DNA of 64,000 nucleotides from Candidatus Micrarchaeia archaeon (GTDB lineage Archaea; Micrarchaeota; Micrarchaeia; CAILAH01): NCBI GenBank assembly GCA_038874595.1, contig JAVZCB010000002.1, positions 152,715 to 216,714 of the forward strand, read 5' to 3'. Shown piece by piece: positions 57,992 to 64,000 of this stretch (position 1 is its first letter; each line of letters starts with the position of its first letter). The notes under the pieces were generated by a model. It saw only the letters and a program-made list of their open reading frames with translations, ran no database searches and was not told where the DNA came from. The position numbers and the translations under genes were made by a program.

Positions 57992-59569
57992 TTATCTGTC
58001 TACAACTTCTTCATCTTCCTCTTCCTCATTTTTCTTCTCTTTCTCCTCTTTCTCCTCTTTATTCCCCCACTTCTTTTTTCCTTCCTGCATTTTCTTATAA
58101 TCTTCCTCGTCTTCGTCTTTCTTTTTCGTCTCTGCAGCCTTTTCATCAGATTTAATAACCGGTTTTAAGATTTCTTTGATTTCTTCTTTTTGTTCAGTTG
58201 TGAAAATAGCAGTGTTACGTTTTTCCTCCTTCTTTTTACCCGTACCTATCCGCCGTGGAAACTCGATGTTCTCCTCTATGCCAAGCATTTCGTTAATGAC
58301 GACAAGTGCAGTGTACCTATGCTCGCTTTCTGTATCCAACGTCTTAATCGCTTCCTTAAGTGCCAGCAGCTTTTTTCTTGTAGCTTCTTCATCTAAAACT
58401 GTTTTTCTCACAAGAGGCCCTTCACGGTGGCCAGTTTGCCTTACCTCTGTTTTAACAACACGCGTGTTTTTCTCTATAAGCTCTCTCATTTTGTTGTAAT
58501 CCTTTTCTTCCGCAGCATTAGCTATCTCCATAGCATCCTTCTTATTAATCCCGGCTGCAACAAGCTTATCAAAAAACATTTGCTTATAATCTACAACCTT
58601 TTCCTCTTGTGGTTGCTCTTCTTTAGTCATTGGGAGTTTATCTTTCTTCTCATCCTTTTTTAATGTTTTTGCCCACTCAATCAAAGCGCTGCGCGTCTCA
58701 CCATCATAGTATCCATCAACACTTTTTCCTTGCAATCCAGCCCATCTCTGCATATCCTTTATTGCATTTAAAGTCTGCTCACCAAAAACCCCATCCACCT
58801 TTATCTTATCTTTTTCGTCTTCAACGAGCTCGTTATAAAGCGCCTGCAGGATGGCAATCCTCTTATCTACCCAAATACCTCTTGCACCACCAAACCATTT
58901 CTCACCTTTCTTTAATTCAGGAAGGAGTTGCTCAACCGTCTTATAATCACCCTCCTCCATCGCCTTTGCTATCTTCTTTGCCTTCTCTGTTGCATCTGCA
59001 AGGTCTTTTTTGCCGAGTTTTGCGCTTTTAACGGCCGCCTCCTTGTGTTCCTCTTCAACAATTTTTATAGGAATAGGGCCTTCTTCAACATCCCCTCTTA
59101 AAATTTTTCTTTCCTTTTCTGTAAACACAACATTCTTCCCTTCATAAATTGTACCTATCTCTCTAAAGTGTTTTGCCTCATTCACAACTTCATCAGGTTT
59201 CACTTTCACCTTAACAGGCACAAAGCTGGTTTCTTTAAGGAAAACATAGCTTTTTGCAAGCGCTTCTGCCTCAGCGTCTTTTCCATTCTTTACAAGGTCC
59301 CACAGAGTTGCCCTTTGCGCCAGCGTAAGGCCAAGAGCATCCGCAGACTCCCACTTCAGCATCTTTGCTTCCTGAAGCGTTTTCTTTAGTTCTGAAACCC
59401 TCTCCTTACTCACGAGGCCCTTTGCGACCCACTCATCTATCTTTTTAGTGTCGTTCTTCTCAAGCATCTGCAAAACATTAATAGCGTAAACTTTCTCTTC
59501 CCCTTTTTTTCTTGGAGCTTCAAAATATGTCTCTGTCATAACCTCACCAATTATGCCTTTATCATCCAT
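57992..59569 (-). CDS. Highly charged protein with a peptidoglycan-binding (PG_binding_1-like) domain
   Basis: IAILQAL...KVDGVFGEQTLNAIKDMQRWAGL...VDGYYDGETRSAL at about 58675-58860. Confidence 0.75.
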   Translation of the reverse strand: MDDKGIIGEVMTETYFEAPRKKGEEKVYAINVLQMLEKNDTKKIDEWVAKGLVSKERVSELKKTLQEAKMLKWESADALGLTLAQRATLWDLVKNGKDAEAEALAKSYVFLKETSFVPVKVKVKPDEVVNEAKHFREIGTIYEGKNVVFTEKERKILRGDVEEGPIPIKIVEEEHKEAAVKSAKLGKKDLADATEKAKKIAKAMEEGDYKTVEQLLPELKKGEKWFGGARGIWVDKRIAILQALYNELVEDEKDKIKVDGVFGEQTLNAIKDMQRWAGLQGKSVDGYYDGETRSALIEWAKTLKKDEKKDKLPMTKEEQPQEEKVVDYKQMFFDKLVAAGINKKDAMEIANAAEEKDYNKMRELIEKNTRVVKTEVRQTGHREGPLVRKTVLDEEATRKKLLALKEAIKTLDTESEHRYTALVVINEMLGIEENIEFPRRIGTGKKKEEKRNTAIFTTEQKEEIKEILKPVIKSDEKAAETKKKDEDEEDYKKMQEGKKKWGNKEEKEEKEKKNEEEEDEEVVDR

Positions 59570-59621
59570 AGTTTAAATAGTTTTTTATATATGAAAAAAC
59601 GCAAAGAGATATTTATCTTTA

Positions 59622-60524
59622 TTAGATGTCGAGCACTTTGAGTACGCCTCCCTTGCCGGTTTTTGATATTTCAGCACCGTACCATTCACATCCCCCAATT
59701 TCAACAACAACCCTGCTTGGCTTCAACGCGAGCATCTGCGGCACAAAATCAACAATATCACTCAGGTGATTTCCCATTGTAAATAGAAAAAATATTCTCT
59801 CCCCATTCCTGTTGCCTTCGGTAACTATAAACCTGAACACCTTATCCTTAAGGCGCACTGGAACCATATTCCTATATCTCTCAGGCACCATTTCAACAAG
59901 AGCCTTTTCTACAAGAGAAGTCTTAATTTCTGACCCTATAACTTCTCTTGCAGTGCTTTTCTTATCAGTGCCGTGAAGTTTTACCTCAGTATTTTCGCTT
60001 ATCACATAATTATTCTGTACATTCTTTGGTGTGGTGTTTTCAACACCTTTTTGTATCATGTACATTATTGGCATTGCCGTCATAACCTTATAAACCGTCA
60101 CGTGCCCGTCTCCAACAGCAACCTTTTCGCAAACAACCTCCCTGTTAGCCTTATCAAGAGGCGTCTGCTCTAACGTAAAAAGGATTTTTTTACCTTCCAC
60201 TTCAACCACAACTTCTGGCAACATCTGCACTGAGTCCCTAACTATAAGATAAGAGGGGGTTTTTGAGTTGCTCTCATAAACTATTACCACCTTACGGCCT
60301 TCTAATTCCTTTTCCAAAGATAGAAACTCCTCCCCCTTATTCCGGCGTATTGAAGGCGCCCCTAATGGCACAAACACACCTATCTTTTTTGAATATTCCC
60401 CCACCCCTTTCATAACACCTTCGACAATTACCTGTGGTGGCTTATTAAACAGAGATTTTCTCTCTTTTTTATTTTGTTTTGCCTCCTCCCCCGCAGGGGT
60501 TGGCCTAAGCGAATGCATACACAT
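59622..60524 (-). CDS. Hypothetical protein
   Basis: About 300-aa ORF co-oriented with the two large genes; no recognised motif. Confidence 0.6.
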   Translation of the reverse strand: MCMHSLRPTPAGEEAKQNKKERKSLFNKPPQVIVEGVMKGVGEYSKKIGVFVPLGAPSIRRNKGEEFLSLEKELEGRKVVIVYESNSKTPSYLIVRDSVQMLPEVVVEVEGKKILFTLEQTPLDKANREVVCEKVAVGDGHVTVYKVMTAMPIMYMIQKGVENTTPKNVQNNYVISENTEVKLHGTDKKSTAREVIGSEIKTSLVEKALVEMVPERYRNMVPVRLKDKVFRFIVTEGNRNGERIFFLFTMGNHLSDIVDFVPQMLALKPSRVVVEIGGCEWYGAEISKTGKGGVLKVLDI

Positions 60525-60557
60525 ATTATGTGAAAAGTAGTATAAAAATGTTTTCAT

Positions 60558-61031
60558 TTATCCCTCGGCACCCGCCTCTTTAAGTGCGGCGATGCATTCT
60601 GAACACCCGCTGTGCATTGCCGCCTTAAGCGCCGTCGTCCCAAGCTCGTTTTTTATGTTTACGTCCGCCCCGGCAACCAAAAGCAGGTTGATTATCTCAA
60701 TATTGCCGTTGAACGCCGCAAACATCAGTGGGGTTGTGCCTTCATAATTCGGGAAGTTTGGGTCTGCCCCCTTTCTCAAGAGATAGCGTACAATTGACGG
60801 CTGGTTGCCTGCGCATGCAGCAATGAGTGCAGTGTCGCCGTACTTGTTCTGCAGGTTGGGAGAGAACCCCTGCATCACGCCAAACTCAATATAATCCTTA
60901 TCTCCATCATATGCTGATTTGATGAATTTGGTTGTTGAATGGTGTCCCTCCAACCCATCTTTCCTGAACGTGAGAGCCCTAACCTCTCTCTCGTCAAGCC
61001 GTGCCAGAATTTCAGATTGTGCCCCGCTCAT
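60558..61031 (-). CDS. Ankyrin repeat protein
   Basis: GDTALIAAC, LLRKGADPN, GTTPLMFAA, LLVAGADVN, GTTALKAA. Start moved to MSGA to remove the overlap with the divergent gene. Confidence 0.9.
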   Translation of the reverse strand: MSGAQSEILARLDEREVRALTFRKDGLEGHHSTTKFIKSAYDGDKDYIEFGVMQGFSPNLQNKYGDTALIAACAGNQPSIVRYLLRKGADPNFPNYEGTTPLMFAAFNGNIEIINLLLVAGADVNIKNELGTTALKAAMHSGCSECIAALKEAGAEG

Positions 61032-61089
61032 AGTACCACACTTAATTAAGCCCTGTGAATTATAAAAATGTGAACCGGCAAAATAATCC

Positions 61090-61638
61090 ATGGCGGATGG
61101 TGAATTTTCGCGTGAAAGCCCGGTTGGCAGGGTATATTCAGCATCAATAATCCAGAAGTATGCGGACGCAAAGTGCTTTGCTGAAGCATTTTCAGCTGCG
61201 GATGCATGGGTTGATGAGAGCATAGCACTTCTCTTTGGCACTGTGTTCAGCCAGGTATCACCGTCCATAATTGCGCGGCGCCTTCTCCAATCAGGGAAGG
61301 GCTCAACCTCGCTTTCAATGCTTTATGCAATGAGGGATTTCATTGTGGCATCCCCTATTTTTGCAGATGATGGGTTCAGGGAAAAATTTAAGAAAGCACT
61401 TCACCAGGCCGAATCCTTCAAATCGTGGAGGAACCTCGTTGTCCATAATTACGGGTACAGGAAGCTTGCAATCCAAAGGCAGCACCGCAGTGCGGATGTC
61501 TACCGGCAGTACCTGGGTGATGAGCAGAAGTTCAACGAGGAGAGCGAGCGCATTCTCAATTTGCATCTTTCAGAAGGTATTTCCTGTGTAAAGCTGCTTC
61601 AAGAGCTATACCAGGACGCAGTGCGCTTGCAAAAATAG
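61090..61638 (+). CDS. Helical protein with HEPN-type Rx4H motif
   Basis: All-alpha pattern with WRNLVVHN near the C-terminus. Confidence 0.55.
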   Translation: MADGEFSRESPVGRVYSASIIQKYADAKCFAEAFSAADAWVDESIALLFGTVFSQVSPSIIARRLLQSGKGSTSLSMLYAMRDFIVASPIFADDGFREKFKKALHQAESFKSWRNLVVHNYGYRKLAIQRQHRSADVYRQYLGDEQKFNEESERILNLHLSEGISCVKLLQELYQDAVRLQK

Positions 61639-61778
61639 CCACTTTACAGGTTCACGGAGAATTTTACCGTCTATTAACTTGCATTTTTTATAGGAAGCGC
61701 GCCTGCAAAAGGTGGCCTGGCCACTTCACTGGTTTGCACTTAATCAAGCTATTTATTTTTTTAGGGGTTACTTATTTT

Positions 61779-63140
61779 ATGAGATATACACTATTCCTAT
61801 TGGCAGTTGCGCTTGCAATATTCCTGTTTGGTTGTACGCAGGTATGCAGCGACCAGTCCGCACCAGTATGCGGCTCTGATGGCAACACGTACAAGAACCC
61901 CTGTTACGCCCAGGCGGCAGGCGTGGGCATCGCTTATGAAGGTGCCTGCACAGTCGCTTTATGCACAGATAGCGATAACGGCAAGAACGTGCTTGAAAAA
62001 GGGAAGGCGTCTTACAAGGGCGTCGAGTATGTGGATACGTGCTCTGGCACATCTGTTGTTGAGTACTATTGCTCTGAAAACGGGCTGAAAAGCGAAACAA
62101 TAGTGTGCCCGGAAGGCCAATCTTGCAGTGATGGGAAGTGTGTTTCTTTAGAATGCTCCGACTCGGATGGGGATGACATATTAACAGCAGGATACGTAAC
62201 ATACGGCGGCAATAAAGTCGAAGATGTTTGCAGGGACAGCGCAACGGTCACCGAGCAGCTCTGTGCAAATGGCAAGCCAGCTGCAAAAGATGTGCCGTGT
62301 GGGACAGGTTACACGTGCAACAAAGGGAGATGTGTTGAGATGTGCACATCAACCGCCAAGATAACGCAGTATGATATCTATAAAAAGGATACAACGACGC
62401 TCGGCCCAGTTTCAAAGACAGATTTCTGCCTTGACGCGGAGCGTGTTGTGGATTTCTTCTGCAAGGAAGGCCGCATTGAAAACAAGACAACCTTCTGCCC
62501 GACAGGATACACGTGTAGAGATGGTGCGTGCTCAACACCGTCTTGTGCAGATTCAGATAATGGGAAAGAGATATATACACTTGGTAAGGTGGTAAAAGGC
62601 CGTAACGAGTACACGGACCAGTGTTATGACCTAAACAAAGTCCGCGAGTACTACTGTGAGGACAACGAGGTAAAATCAGAGATAATTGACTGCCCTGCTA
62701 AGTATACCTGCCTTAACGGCATTTGTGTGCCTCTTGTGCAATCAACATGCATTGATAATGAACGGGATGTTGATATGTACAAGCGCGGGAAAGTCATATA
62801 CAATGGCGTGGAGTACGAGGATGACTGCATAGACACGGATAGGGTGCGCGATTACTATTGCACTGTGGGCTCAGAGCTGGCACACACAGTGTTCATGTGC
62901 CCATCCGGCTACTACTGTAACGGGGGCGCGTGCATAAGACAGCCCGGATGCTATGATTCGGATGGCGGGGTCAACAAATACGTGGCCGGCTATGTTATTG
63001 CTGAGAATAACAAGACATATTATGATAGATGTTACACGGGTAGCAGCGTGCTTGAGTATAGCTGCACATTGACAAGTGTGGTTTCCCAAACACTGGATTG
63101 TGGTTACGGCCACGTATGTGAGAATGGCGCGTGCAATTAG
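61779..63140 (+). CDS. Cys-rich surface lipoprotein with a Kazal domain and CxDSDxG repeats
   Basis: Lipobox LFGC; PVCGSDGNTYKNPC; six C.D(S)D.G...D.C...EY.C...C..G..C..G.C repeats. Confidence 0.85.
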   Translation: MRYTLFLLAVALAIFLFGCTQVCSDQSAPVCGSDGNTYKNPCYAQAAGVGIAYEGACTVALCTDSDNGKNVLEKGKASYKGVEYVDTCSGTSVVEYYCSENGLKSETIVCPEGQSCSDGKCVSLECSDSDGDDILTAGYVTYGGNKVEDVCRDSATVTEQLCANGKPAAKDVPCGTGYTCNKGRCVEMCTSTAKITQYDIYKKDTTTLGPVSKTDFCLDAERVVDFFCKEGRIENKTTFCPTGYTCRDGACSTPSCADSDNGKEIYTLGKVVKGRNEYTDQCYDLNKVREYYCEDNEVKSEIIDCPAKYTCLNGICVPLVQSTCIDNERDVDMYKRGKVIYNGVEYEDDCIDTDRVRDYYCTVGSELAHTVFMCPSGYYCNGGACIRQPGCYDSDGGVNKYVAGYVIAENNKTYYDRCYTGSSVLEYSCTLTSVVSQTLDCGYGHVCENGACN

Positions 63141-63206
63141 CCGTGGCGCGCATTCCCAACTATTTTTGATTTTATTTTAATGGTTGTGCTTGCAATTGCC
63201 CAGCCA

Positions 63207-63300
63207 GTGCCACAAGTACAATTTATTACCTACACCATAATATTGCTCTTGTATGTTATTCCTAACTTCATCGTGCCACAAGTACCAATTTATTACCTAC
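63207..63300. repeat. Two direct repeats GTGCCACAAGTAC(C)AATTTATTACCTAC separated by 39 bp
   Basis: Copies at 63207-63233 and 63273-63300 differ by a single inserted C. Confidence 0.8.
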
Positions 63301-63306
63301 GCCCTC

Positions 63307-63621
63307 CTAGCCCTTATTCCAGTAAGGTGGGCTTAGCGGGTGCTGCTTAAAGAACCCACCGATAAACCCGAGCATTGCACCGAGCGCTACAAGGTCCGGG
63401 TCTTGTATACCAATCATCTGGAAACCGTGTATTACGAGCGGCCCGAGCACAGGTACAAACCCAACAATTAGGCCCGTGAGTGCACCCATCAGTGCGCCGA
63501 GTATTGCAAACAGGAATATTGCAGCAATCCACACCACAGCAACAGCAATACCCATTATTGCAGCGCCAAACCCCATAGCAATGCCTTTGAGCAATCCGTC
63601 AAGGAAGCTTGCTTTTACCAT
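63307..63621 (-). CDS. Small membrane protein
   Basis: Gly-rich TM helices; RBS AGGTGA. Confidence 0.7.
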   Translation of the reverse strand: MVKASFLDGLLKGIAMGFGAAIMGIAVAVVWIAAIFLFAILGALMGALTGLIVGFVPVLGPLVIHGFQMIGIQDPDLVALGAMLGFIGGFFKQHPLSPPYWNKG

Positions 63622-63749
63622 CTTCTCACCTTACACAATTCAAAGTGAAACGATAAAAATATTGGATGCCTACTCCGAAACTCCTGAATTAGAATAGAAG
63701 AAAATAAAGGATGCATTGGCCAAGCACTCACGGCAAGGCAGGCATACTT

Positions 63750-64000
63750 TCTTTTTCATATTTTTCCATTTTCCTAAAAAGAAGAGAAGCAAAACTCCGA
63801 AGAATATATACTAGAAAAGAACGAATGTAATCCTAGTTTTTTCCAAAAAGTTCTAAAAAGCTAAAAGAAGTATTTCATATCAGTTTTTCATATCAGGTTT
63901 TTCTTTTCTAGTATAGGTCTTTTCTTTTTTCTAAAAAGAAAAGAAGTATTGCGTTGAGCAAAAGTCCAATTTCAGATATGTTCATCAGTTTTTCATATTA
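63750..64000. repeat. AT-rich non-coding region with short reiterated motifs
   Basis: ATCAGTTTTTCATAT at 63879-63893 and 63984-63998, TTTTTCATAT at 63752, CTAAAAAGAARAGAAG at 63774 and 63931. Confidence 0.55.

Noticed and set aside
61032-61268. N-terminal extension of the ankyrin ORF
   Set aside because: It overlaps the divergent 61090 gene; the Met at 61031 gives a clean head-to-head layout.
5551-63300. A functional CRISPR-Cas system built from the Cas2-like gene and the two-repeat unit
   Set aside because: The two are 57 kb apart, there is no cas1 or effector gene, and there are only two repeats.
1-64000. Transposases, integrases, proviral genes, rRNA
   Set aside because: None recognisable in the ORF set or the intergenic sequence.

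Overview
This is an archaeal chromosomal segment, most consistent with a DPANN archaeon and probably Micrarchaeota-like. Support for that placement: archaeal histone, Alba, GatD, fibrillarin, Cdc6, NAC, eS26, class III signal-peptide pilins, a short AlaRS and tRNAs with non-canonical T-loop introns. Most of the window is housekeeping: alaS, thiI, rtcA, tyrS, cdc6, flpA, topA, gatD, tmk, lig, rps26e, two phosphohexomutases, glmU, albA and three intron-containing tRNAs (Trp-CCA, Gly-GCC, Val-GAC). The main points of interest are: (1) a 53.7-60.5 kb accessory locus with a 1401-aa signal-peptide protein whose C-terminal half looks like a transmembrane beta-barrel ending in Trp, next to a protein with a clear peptidoglycan-binding (PG_binding_1-type) motif, both unexpected in an archaeon; (2) a multi-domain RelA/SpoT homologue (pseudo-hydrolase, synthetase, TGS-like); (3) an orphan Cas2/VapD-like gene bracketed by 18-bp inverted repeats; (4) a 225-nt tRNA-Trp intron whose C/D-box guide is split by hairpin insertions, plus 59/60 introns in all three tRNAs; (5) an AsnB-Dph6 fusion, a PAP2 phosphatase-dolichol kinase fusion, a polytopic membrane-anchored double AAA+ ATPase and an 82%-acidic microprotein with its own RBS. 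All assignments come from reading motifs by eye; no database searches were run.
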